From the IMG/VR virus record IMGVR_UViG_3300046537_000053: a stretch of 20,000 nucleotides of DNA; one strand, written 5' to 3'. A program made the position numbers and the translations under genes. Below the pieces are notes generated by a model. The model saw nothing but the letters and a program-made list of their open reading frames with translations. It made no database searches and was not told where the DNA came from. Positions 8,265-15,144 of the stretch are shown piece after piece. The stretch comes from an uncultured virus (IMG/VR IMGVR_UViG_3300046537_000053) (lineage: Duplodnaviria > Heunggongvirae > Uroviricota > Caudoviricetes > Schitoviridae). Numbering within the stretch: the first letter of the stretch is position 1; the number at the start of each line of letters is the position of its first letter.

Positions 8265-8441
8265 CAGAGGGAGAGAGCGGGGTCTTCGCGCTGAAGCATC
8301 GATCGAACTCTTATTTGGGTGGGGAGGGAATAAGCTAGAACTATCGCTCAGGTTTGCCCCTTATCCTGGCCGGTCGCTTTAGCTTATTCTTCCCCACCTC
8401 AAACTTATCTGCATATAAGCCGCTTTTCAGCGGCATTTTTT
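8265..8441 (+). ncRNA. Candidate structured ncRNA 2 (long hairpin + terminator)
   Basis: TTTGGGTGGGGAGGGAATAAGCTAGA (8314-8339) pairs nearly fully with TTTAGCTTATTCTTCCCCACCTCAAA (8378-8403). It lies between a putative promoter and a terminator. The 5' end is approximate. Confidence 0.4.
8419..8441 (+). terminator. Intrinsic terminator
   Basis: GCCGCT-TTTC-AGCGGC followed by ATTTTTT. Confidence 0.65.
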
Positions 8442-8615
8442 GTGCCTGCCGGCAAGGCGTTGGTGTGTCACCAAGATAGTACACCGCAGTACGATTTGAC
8501 CCTCTAGCTAGGTACGGCTGTAGGGTATTGGGGGTCACTACCCCCGTAAACTAAACCACCCCCCCGGGTGATTAACACATAAACACTTGACCCTACCCCA
8601 GGGTCTTAACACGTC

Positions 8616-8626
8616 GCGCTACGCGC
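8616..8626 (+). promoter_or_regulatory. Virion RNA polymerase hairpin promoter copy 1
   Basis: GCGCTACGCGC; the template strand folds as GCGC-GTA-GCGC (C-GNA-G triloop as in N4 early promoters). Intergenic, upstream of the first early gene. Confidence 0.8.
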
Positions 8627-8659
8627 TCAGGAGTATTACTCCAACCTAAGGAGCCTATC

Positions 8660-8977
8660 ATGGCTACTGCTCGTATTGCACTGGACTCTGTCCTTGGCAC
8701 GGTCCAGAAGACCGCAAATACCTTCACCAATGTCATCGGCACTGTCGATGCTGGTGTCTCTATGCTCAACAGCTTCGTTGAGCGTCACTCCACGCAACAG
8801 CGTGACAAGAACCTTGTGGAACTCAAGGTCTCCCGTATTCGACTCGTCGAAGACACATCCCTGCAAATCGCCGAACGGCGTGCAGAGATCAAAGCTCGCC
8901 TTAAAGATGAAGGCTTCGCCAAAATCTACGAGGCAGCATATACCGAAATCAATGAGCTCTTCACCCCAGCGGGGTGA
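8660..8977 (+). CDS. First early gene, N4 gp1-like protein
   Basis: 105 aa with AAGGAG SD, first ORF after hairpin promoter 1. Size, position and N-terminal amphipathic helix resemble N4-like gp1. Confidence 0.6.
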   Translation: MATARIALDSVLGTVQKTANTFTNVIGTVDAGVSMLNSFVERHSTQQRDKNLVELKVSRIRLVEDTSLQIAERRAEIKARLKDEGFAKIYEAAYTEINELFTPAG

Positions 8978-9008
8978 GGAGCCTAAATACCACCTGATAC
9001 CCAACTAA

Positions 9009-9031
9009 GGAGATCGGCTGTGCCGGTCTCC
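9009..9031 (+). terminator. Hairpin (terminator/processing site) after gp1-like gene
   Basis: GGAGATCGGC-TGT-GCCGGTCTCC, with a second hairpin at about 9047-9068; no strong U-tract. Confidence 0.4.
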
Positions 9032-9094
9032 AAAGTTATGTCTAAAGATGGCCTGACTTCAGACCATCCTTTGACCTAACTCCAACGACTCAAC

Positions 9095-9105
9095 GCGCTA
9101 CGCGC
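9095..9105 (+). promoter_or_regulatory. Virion RNA polymerase hairpin promoter copy 2
   Basis: Exact GCGCTACGCGC, intergenic; shares downstream GGAGTATT with copy 1. Confidence 0.8.
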
Positions 9106-9138
9106 TTGGGAGTATTCACCCTGCAAGGAGATCTTGCC

Positions 9139-9315
9139 ATGACCATCGATCAGATCGTCTCACATCACGACAACCAGCTCGAGCTTACAGACTCGAGCGA
9201 TCCAACGGTTGTCGAGATCGACGAACCAATCTGCGATAACGGCTGCACCGACTACGAGTGGTGCGAGCATCCTGCTCCCGGCTATCGCTATCGCTCCTAC
9301 CTCAACGAAGGCTGA
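9139..9315 (+). CDS. Small acidic early hypothetical protein
   Basis: AAGGAG SD then ATG 9139 (MTIDQIVSH...); 58 aa with CDNGC...WCEH. Confidence 0.6.
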   Translation: MTIDQIVSHHDNQLELTDSSDPTVVEIDEPICDNGCTDYEWCEHPAPGYRYRSYLNEG

Positions 9316-9318
9316 GGC

Positions 9319-9534
9319 ATGGACGAACCCATCTTCGCATTCCGCGAACAGGTGCTATGCACCTCAATCCGACAGAAATGGGACTGGCGCTTCGGCTCCA
9401 GTTCCATTCGTCGCTATCTCCACATCGATGTCGCAGCTCTCCGCTCATTGCGGGCAGCTCGCATCGCCTATGAAGAAGGAACAAACCGTGGCCAAACCAC
9501 CGGTTCCGCTGCCCACTCCGCGGCAGCTCACTGA
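9319..9534 (+). CDS. Early hypothetical protein
   Basis: 71 aa starting 3 nt after the previous stop; GAGG SD. Confidence 0.5.
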   Translation: MDEPIFAFREQVLCTSIRQKWDWRFGSSSIRRYLHIDVAALRSLRAARIAYEEGTNRGQTTGSAAHSAAAH

Positions 9535-9694
9535 TCTCGCTCTCGAGCATCCTGCCCATACTGGGGCAGGGCTGCTCGCCCTCGCATTCTTGCTGAAGAT
9601 CTCATTCTTCATCAAGCTTGCGACCTATGCCTGCCTCACCCTTGGGGCAGTCTTCATCTGGGAAGCTTACAAAGCTTCCAAGCCCAAGGCCTAA
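9488..9694 (+). CDS. Small membrane protein (about 2 TM)
   Basis: GTG start after GAAGGAA; hydrophobic AGLLALAFLLKISFFIKLATYACLTLGAVFIW. Confidence 0.6.
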   Translation: MAKPPVPLPTPRQLTDLALEHPAHTGAGLLALAFLLKISFFIKLATYACLTLGAVFIWEAYKASKPKA

Positions 9695-9697
9695 CCG

Positions 9698-9790
9698 ATG
9701 ACGACCGACCAGATCATCATCGGCTTCTTCATCGTCCTAGTCGCGGTCCAACTGGCCCGCGTTCTAGGGCGCTCCCTCAACCTCTTGTAG
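9698..9790 (+). CDS. 30-aa single-TM peptide (not in ORF track)
   Basis: MTTDQIIIGFFIVLVAVQLARVLGRSLNLL*, packed tightly between its neighbours. Confidence 0.5.
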   Translation: MTTDQIIIGFFIVLVAVQLARVLGRSLNLL

Positions 9791-9800
9791 GACAGCATCC

Positions 9801-10076
9801 ATGAACCGCTTCATCCATTGCGTAATCGCCCTGGCTGGCGCCATTGGCGGTGGCATTATCCTCGCAACCGCGGGATATGTCCTCGCCAACTTCATCGCTC
9901 CGGCCAACGTCATCCCGACTTGGCTGTGGAACCTCACGTTCACCAGCATGATGCTCGCTGGTCTCATGACCATGGGCTATTGCCTGTTCACCGCTCTCGA
10001 CGAAATGTTCCTCAAGCCTGAGGATCCACGTCGTATCACGGGTAAGCGTTACTGCTGCACCCGTCGTCCAAGTTAA
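9801..10076 (+). CDS. Small membrane protein (2 TM)
   Basis: AGGA SD; two hydrophobic segments and a basic C-terminus. Confidence 0.6.
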   Translation: MNRFIHCVIALAGAIGGGIILATAGYVLANFIAPANVIPTWLWNLTFTSMMLAGLMTMGYCLFTALDEMFLKPEDPRRITGKRYCCTRRPS

Positions 10077-10205
10077 CCCAGAGAAGGCGAAGCCGATCTA
10101 ATCGCAGGAACCATCTAGCAAAGGCACTGTGCGAGTCGCACGGCGCTTGAGCCAATGGCCTCGACTATCGAGCTCGCCTTCTCACCCTCTATTTAAATCC
10201 AAGAT

Positions 10206-10216
10206 GCGCTACGCGC
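10206..10216 (+). promoter_or_regulatory. Virion RNA polymerase hairpin promoter copy 3
   Basis: Exact GCGCTACGCGC; GG at 10222-10223 is +1/+2 if the loop centre is -11, as in N4. Confidence 0.8.
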
Positions 10217-10302
10217 TTTTTGGTTGGGTGGTGCTCGTCAACCCCGCGAGCACTGCCCATCATTTCAACCTTCCAGCACCATGGAAAAGAAGGGAATATT
10301 CT

Positions 10303-10797
10303 ATGTCCAATGCACCTGCCGCCACTCCCGGTCTCGACATGAGCCGCTTTGGCACCATCTTCGGCCAAGCCGGTGGCGAAGCCCCAGCTCCGGCCGCCAA
10401 GCGCGAAGCTGCTACCATCTGGGTGAACGTCGGCTATCTCCAGCCGGAGAAGGACGCTCAGGGCAACGACGTCCTGACGTTCGTGTCTCTCCCGTTCGGT
10501 GGCATCCCCATCGACACCCAGAAGCCCAGCGAGCTGAAGGGCAACCCGCAGAAGGTCTTGCGTCTCAACCGTGAGAACAAGCTCCTCGAGCAGGTCACCA
10601 ACATCGGCAAGTCCATGGAGCCGGGTCAGGAGCACATCCTTGCTTTCGACTCGACCAATCGCATGGCCTTGCAGATCCGCCGCGTCCGCGTCGAGGTCGA
10701 AGCTTCGGCTGTCACCGACAACGCCGACGAATTCGTCCTCACTCTGCCGACTGTCGGTGTCGCCACGGCACCGGCCGGGGAGCCTGTCGAGGCCTAA
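10303..10797 (+). CDS. N4 gp2-like ssDNA-binding activator of RNAPII (middle transcription)
   Basis: IWVNVGY...FVSLPFGGIPIDT...LQIRRV resembles N4 gp2. Start reassigned to ATG 10303 after GAAGGGAA, downstream of promoter 3. Confidence 0.75.
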   Translation: MSNAPAATPGLDMSRFGTIFGQAGGEAPAPAAKREAATIWVNVGYLQPEKDAQGNDVLTFVSLPFGGIPIDTQKPSELKGNPQKVLRLNRENKLLEQVTNIGKSMEPGQEHILAFDSTNRMALQIRRVRVEVEASAVTDNADEFVLTLPTVGVATAPAGEPVEA

Positions 10798-10822
10798 CGT
10801 CTCACGTTCTCCCCAGCTTGAG

Positions 10823-10857
10823 TATAACCCAGTCCCTTCGGGGGCTGGGTTATATTT
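10823..10857 (+). terminator. Intrinsic terminator after gp2-like gene
   Basis: TATAACCCAGTCCC-TTCG-GGGGCTGGGTTATA-TTT (cUUCGg loop). Confidence 0.75.
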
Positions 10858-10974
10858 ATGTCTATGAAAGCTCAACTCTCATTCAACTCTGCAAAACCTA
10901 AGTTGAGTGAGAATTGGGGCCAGGACGCTGATAGTCCCTAAACCCTATCCGAACCTAGAATAAGGATCATCATC

Positions 10975-11559
10975 ATGCTTCCAGCAACCATCAAAATGGG
11001 CGTCGCCCAGGTCATCAGCTTGCCCAGGATCGTCAGTGTCCTATTCCCCAACAACAACACCGAGTACAGCTATTACAGCGACATCGAAGGCCTCGAGGTC
11101 GGCGACTTCGCCATTGTGGCCTCGCCGCATGGCAACGAATATGCTGCAGGACGCTTCCGCAGCACCGAACTCGATGGCTATCCGACCGTCGTCCGGGTCG
11201 TCAGCACCCAGGAGACGGTCAAGGCCGTCAATAAAGCCGCCAAATGGATCGTCCAGAAGATCGACATCGCTGCCTATGTCGAGCGTCTCAACGCCGAGCG
11301 TCAGCTCGAAGTGTTGCGGGCCAAGATCGAGAAGGCTAAGAAAGCCGCGCTCGAGCAGGCCCAGCTGGCGACCCTTCGTACATTGAGCCCTGAGCTCGAT
11401 GCCCTGGTCACGGAGTTGGCCAAACTGACCGGCGTTCCGATCGAGGAAAAGCCGATCGCGGTTCGGGCCCACAAGCGTGTTCGCACGCCGAGGGCAGCGG
11501 CCGGCAAGACCGCGTCGAAGCAGCGGGCCAAGCAGCCTGCAGCTAAGCGCCGCAAATAA
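10975..11559 (+). CDS. Hypothetical protein with coiled coil and highly basic C-terminal tail
   Basis: TAAGGA SD; 194 aa ending VRAHKRVRTPRAAAGKTASKQRAKQPAAKRRK. Confidence 0.75.
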   Translation: MLPATIKMGVAQVISLPRIVSVLFPNNNTEYSYYSDIEGLEVGDFAIVASPHGNEYAAGRFRSTELDGYPTVVRVVSTQETVKAVNKAAKWIVQKIDIAAYVERLNAERQLEVLRAKIEKAKKAALEQAQLATLRTLSPELDALVTELAKLTGVPIEEKPIAVRAHKRVRTPRAAAGKTASKQRAKQPAAKRRK

Positions 11560-11568
11560 CCAACTCCA

Positions 11569-11601
11569 GAGGGAGGGACGGGCAAACTCCGTCCCTCCCT
11601 C
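11569..11601 (+). terminator. Strong hairpin (terminator/processing site)
   Basis: GAGGGAGGGACGG...CCGTCCCTCCCTC, directly after a stop codon. Confidence 0.5.
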
Positions 11602-11631
11602 AAATTTCTCCAGTCACAAGGAACCTGTTCC

Positions 11632-11928
11632 ATGCGTATCGTCATCGCCTCACTCATTGCCATCAGCGTTGGCCTGGCCCTATCGCCGCCAGCCCATGCT
11701 GAAACACAACTCTACCTCAGTGCTGAACGCCTCGAGCAAATTGCCGAGGACAGTAAGACCATCTGTTGGCTGGCCCTCAAGGGTCCAACCGAACAGATTG
11801 GTCCAGTGCTCGATCGCGAAACGGCCAAGCGTGGGTACACCACCCGCGACAAAGTCGTCCTCGGCTCGCTCTGCAAAGTCTATCTTGAAGGGCAGGTCGA
11901 CGGTATTCGTGCGGTCAACCACAGCTGA
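11632..11928 (+). CDS. Secreted/periplasmic small protein
   Basis: Signal peptide MRIVIASLIAISVGLALSPPAHA|E (AxA cleavage site); two Cys; AAGGA SD. Confidence 0.7.
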   Translation: MRIVIASLIAISVGLALSPPAHAETQLYLSAERLEQIAEDSKTICWLALKGPTEQIGPVLDRETAKRGYTTRDKVVLGSLCKVYLEGQVDGIRAVNHS

Positions 11929-11934
11929 TCAACC

Positions 11935-11959
11935 AGGAGGAGGGCTCGTCCCTCCTCCT
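11935..11959 (+). terminator. Hairpin after secreted-protein gene
   Basis: AGGAGGAGGG-CTCGT-CCCTCCTCCT. Confidence 0.45.
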
Positions 11960-11982
11960 ATTCACCTCTAAGGGATAGTCCC

Positions 11983-12219
11983 ATGTCGCTACCGAGCCGC
12001 AACATCCGCAAAACCCTAGCTCCGAAATCTATTGAGGAGCTGGCCACCGACTATATCCTCATGACAGATATGTCAGCTCTCAAGCTGGGCGAGGGCACTC
12101 GGCCGCGGATCTATTCTGCCATCGACGTCATGGGCGAGCTGCAGCTCCGAGTCGGCAAACATCGTGCCATCAAGGAGATCGCTCGAGCTCAAGAGACCAT
12201 GAAAATGTTCGATGTCTGA
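11983..12219 (+). CDS. Small helical protein, paralog A
   Basis: PKSIEELATDY...VGKHRAIKEIARAQETMKM, similar to the 12212 and 13060 ORFs. Confidence 0.7.
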   Translation: MSLPSRNIRKTLAPKSIEELATDYILMTDMSALKLGEGTRPRIYSAIDVMGELQLRVGKHRAIKEIARAQETMKMFDV

Positions 12220-12460
12220 GATCCCGGTAGTCCACCTGCCAATCCCATCGCTCGAAGAGCTCGCCACTCAATATGCCATGCTTGCTCGTGACGATTACGA
12301 TAGCCAGACTTTCGCTGGCGACGGAGTCGAGCACGAACGCATCCGCCTCAAGCAACAAATGGCTGTTTGGTATGGTGAATATCGCACCGAGCAGGCCATC
12401 AAGAATGCTTTCGAGATCCTAGAAATGATGAACTTCCACCCCGAAGGGAACAACTCATGA
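12212..12460 (+). CDS. Small helical protein, paralog B
   Basis: IPSLEELATQY...YGEYRTEQAIKNAFEILEM. Confidence 0.7.
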   Translation: MSEIPVVHLPIPSLEELATQYAMLARDDYDSQTFAGDGVEHERIRLKQQMAVWYGEYRTEQAIKNAFEILEMMNFHPEGNNS

Positions 12461-12666
12461 CCACTCACAAGCTCATCGTCGTCCGCGGGGACGGCCTGGT
12501 CCAAGAGACCAGTATCAGCGGTTGGAATTCCGAAGGAGTATCCGACCGCCTCGCCAACGAAGCCAAAGCCGACCCTCGCACCATCTTCCTTTGCACCATC
12601 GTCAGCGATGGCGACAGCTCCTACACTCGGCAATGGTTTCATGATGAGAAAAGGTGCGAAGCATGA
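12457..12666 (+). CDS. Hypothetical protein
   Basis: ATGA overlaps at both ends; GAAGGGAA SD. Confidence 0.65.
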   Translation: MTTHKLIVVRGDGLVQETSISGWNSEGVSDRLANEAKADPRTIFLCTIVSDGDSSYTRQWFHDEKRCEA

Positions 12667-13076
12667 CCCAGCAATTTCAATGGGCCCGTAAGCACCAAGG
12701 CGCCTACGAAGTCAGCTCAGCCGGCGACAAACGCTTCAGCGCCATGCACGCCGAGATGCCAGATAAACGCACCATCGAAATGTGGTACCAGTGCGACGTC
12801 AAAGGGTACCAACCCGGTGGCACCGACTGGCGCCTCGGCAAGGGCAAGAAGCCGCTGATCGCCTATCCTGGCGACGATGGCCTCTACGACATGTACCTGT
12901 CGCTATGGAAGCTCTGGGCCATCACCCACCCTCGATTGATCATGGAGCTCGCTGTCCTGGCCCGCCAGCACGGATCCATGCTCACCGATTGTTTCGCCAA
13001 CACCAACGTCAACCAGGCTCGGGCCCTCGCCCAGATCCTCAACGAATGGTTCCCCGAATATGGGCTCAAAATATAA
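12663..13076 (+). CDS. NADAR-like (putative ADP-ribosyl glycohydrolase) phage protein
   Basis: YEVSSAGDKRFSAMHA...TIEMWYQCDVKG...LWKLWA...LTDCFA...NQARALAQIL resembles the NADAR FS..[ST]xExxYQxxK core. Start at the ATGA overlap, 12663. Confidence 0.55.
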   Translation: MTQQFQWARKHQGAYEVSSAGDKRFSAMHAEMPDKRTIEMWYQCDVKGYQPGGTDWRLGKGKKPLIAYPGDDGLYDMYLSLWKLWAITHPRLIMELAVLARQHGSMLTDCFANTNVNQARALAQILNEWFPEYGLKI

Positions 13077-13311
13077 CTGGCCCAACATCATCACTGAACA
13101 GCACGGCTTCGGCCGGCCGAGCATTGATGACCTGGCGATGAAATTCGCCATCTCTGCAGCCCGCGATCAGATCGCAACGCTCGACGAAATCCACGAACAA
13201 TATCTCCGCAAGGAGGAAATGATCCGTCGCATCGGTGCCGAACGCACCGAGGCGGCGATCGCTCGAGCGAAAGAGATCCTCGCCATGGTAGGAATTGGCC
13301 ATGCCCGATAG
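13060..13311 (+). CDS. Small helical protein, paralog C
   Basis: RPSIDDLAMKF...IGAERTEAAIARAKEILAM. Confidence 0.7.
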   Translation: MGSKYNWPNIITEQHGFGRPSIDDLAMKFAISAARDQIATLDEIHEQYLRKEEMIRRIGAERTEAAIARAKEILAMVGIGHAR

Positions 13312-13558
13312 ACCATACGCCTGCGACGAGAAGTTCATTGTCTTCATGGAAGCAGTGCCTTCTCGCCGCGACTCTCAACCGCCCATCACAGCCGGCTATT
13401 ACGTCGGCCATGCTGGGCAAAATGCCTATATCTACGGCCGTGGCCCCAAAGATCGGGCCCTGACCTTCAGCAAATGGCGTGCCGTGCATTTCATCCTAGA
13501 TGCGAAAGCTCGAGGATATCCTTGCAGGGCTGAGCCGCCCATCAATCTGACCCTCTAA
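13301..13558 (+). CDS. Hypothetical protein
   Basis: ATG 13301 after an AGGA SD; ends just before promoter 4. Confidence 0.6.
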   Translation: MPDRPYACDEKFIVFMEAVPSRRDSQPPITAGYYVGHAGQNAYIYGRGPKDRALTFSKWRAVHFILDAKARGYPCRAEPPINLTL

Positions 13559-13561
13559 TTC

Positions 13562-13572
13562 GCGCTACGCGC
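13562..13572 (+). promoter_or_regulatory. Virion RNA polymerase hairpin promoter copy 4
   Basis: Exact GCGCTACGCGC in a 43-nt intergenic gap; GG at 13578-13579 is +1/+2. Confidence 0.8.
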
Positions 13573-13601
13573 TCGATGGTTAGACCTAACTTTGGAAGGA
13601 A

Positions 13602-14150
13602 GTGATCGTGGCCTCTCATAACCTTATCTATGCAGGAATAGGCTCCCGCAAAACACCCACCTTTGTTCAGCGCCAGATGCGTGAAATCGCCGAGCAACTG
13701 TCACCTATTGGGTGGCAGCTTCGCTCGGGTCATGCTGATGGCGCCGACAAAGCCTTCGAGCGGGGTGCCGTCCACAAGGAGATCCATCTTCCCTGGGGCG
13801 GCTACAATAACCAGCTCGACGACAACATCACCTACTTTGTACCCGATCCGCGGGTACCCGGGCTGCTTGATATCGCGGCCCGCAACCATCCCATTTGGGA
13901 TAAGCTCGGTGTGCCGGTCAAAAACATGATGATCCGGAACACCACCATCCTGCTGGGCCTCGACATGGCCTCGCCGGCCAAGATGATCATCTGCTGGACC
14001 GAGAGCGGCAAGGTAGAGGGTGGCACCGGCCATGCTCTCCGCGTCGCTCGTGATCCACTGGTGGTCGACATCGTTGGCGAGATCCCAATCTTCAATTTGG
14101 CTCGGCCCGAAGATGTCACAGCTTTGGTGAAATTCGTCACCAGCTATTAA
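13602..14150 (+). CDS. SLOG superfamily (DprA/Smf-like Rossmann fold) protein
   Basis: YAGIGSRKTP, LRSGHADGADKAFE, RN, ICWT...GGTGHALRVA and IPIFNL; GGAAGGA SD with GTG start. Confidence 0.75.
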   Translation: MIVASHNLIYAGIGSRKTPTFVQRQMREIAEQLSPIGWQLRSGHADGADKAFERGAVHKEIHLPWGGYNNQLDDNITYFVPDPRVPGLLDIAARNHPIWDKLGVPVKNMMIRNTTILLGLDMASPAKMIICWTESGKVEGGTGHALRVARDPLVVDIVGEIPIFNLARPEDVTALVKFVTSY

Positions 14151-14266
14151 ACTTATATTGACAAGCACCGGGGCAGGTTCATTCTGCCTCGGCACTTGCT
14201 CTTCGAAGAAGAGCGTGCCTCGCGTCGCTTCGCGCCGCGGGTGCTGCCAATCGAGAGGGGCTCTCT

Positions 14267-14545
14267 ATGGTACAACCAACTATCCAACCCGAACCCGAGA
14301 CCGTCATGCTGCAGTCGCACCTGCCGGCTGGCCTGTCCGAATTTGTTTCGGCCGCTTATCCACCCGTCGATGACGGTCCAGTGCTCTGCATCTGCGAGGC
14401 ACCAGCCAACAGCGGGGCCAAGTACGAGCTCATTACAGCTCGCTATGTGGCCAACAAGCGGAGCTGGAGAACGCTCGATGGGGCCTGGCCCATCAACTCC
14501 ATCCTCGGCTGGAAGAATGCTCACCGCTGGCTACAGGCCCTCTAG
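14267..14545 (+). CDS. Hypothetical protein
   Basis: GAGGGG SD; 92 aa with Trp-rich C-terminus. Confidence 0.6.
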   Translation: MVQPTIQPEPETVMLQSHLPAGLSEFVSAAYPPVDDGPVLCICEAPANSGAKYELITARYVANKRSWRTLDGAWPINSILGWKNAHRWLQAL

Positions 14546-14599
14546 CCTCAGCCCTCCACCAACCCTGACCAAGGATCTCTCATTGAAAGGAGAAAGACC

Positions 14600-14863
14600 A
14601 TGCACGCCATGTGCTCATTCAAGCGTTCGCCTCCTCTCACTGAGACCGAGGCCATCCTGCTGTCCGAAGAGTCGCACACCTTTGGCTACAAGCCCGAGGT
14701 GCTGCAGCTTGACGGCTGCTTCTATCTCAAGATCCGCGGCGACGGGACCTCTGACCAGGTCTTCGCTGCCCGGCTCAACCAACTGAGGAAACCCGCATGG
14801 ACCAGTCCAAAACCGAACCTCACGGCCCCATCGCCAATGATGGCCCGGAAGTCATCCACCTGA
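14600..14863 (+). CDS. Hypothetical protein
   Basis: AAGGAG SD; overlaps the next gene by 67 nt. Confidence 0.5.
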   Translation: MHAMCSFKRSPPLTETEAILLSEESHTFGYKPEVLQLDGCFYLKIRGDGTSDQVFAARLNQLRKPAWTSPKPNLTAPSPMMARKSST

Positions 14864-15144
14864 TCGTTCACGATACGGATCAACTGGCGACCGAGCCCAA
14901 GGCCGGCGTCACACTCCATACTCGTGATGGCTCCAGGATCGGCAACGCAATCATCCTCCGGGTGACCAGCGTTGCCAACCGGCCCCAGTATCATATCGAG
15001 ACCGACTTCGGGAACGTCACCAAGCTCTTCATCGAAGAGCTCGAGGAGATGTTCACGCTCGGCTACCAGCTCAGCTACGAACGCTGGTGGGACGATCGCC
15101 TCGAGACCATACAAAAATCGGTCGAGAACTTCGGTGACCGATGA
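14797..15144 (+). CDS. Hypothetical protein (small beta-rich domain)
   Basis: GAGGA SD; LHTRDGSRIGNAII...IETDFGN...ELEEMF. Confidence 0.65.
   Translation: MDQSKTEPHGPIANDGPEVIHLIVHDTDQLATEPKAGVTLHTRDGSRIGNAIILRVTSVANRPQYHIETDFGNVTKLFIEELEEMFTLGYQLSYERWWDDRLETIQKSVENFGDR

Noticed and set aside
7790..8600. tRNA or tmRNA genes in the terminal non-coding region
   Set aside because: I found no cloverleaf with a T-loop (GTTCRA) and acceptor stem by eye; tRNAscan-SE/ARAGORN would settle it.
9488..10076. Holin/spanin lysis cassette
   Set aside because: There is no adjacent endolysin or lipoprotein signal, and the genes lie in the earliest-transcribed region.
10129..10302. N-terminal extension of the gp2-like ORF given in the ORF track
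   Set aside because: It spans hairpin promoter 3 and lacks an SD; ATG 10303 has a good SD.
8616..13572. GCGCTACGCGC repeats as CRISPR or REP elements
   Set aside because: They are only 11-13 nt, irregularly spaced by hundreds to thousands of bases and always upstream of genes, which fits hairpin promoters.
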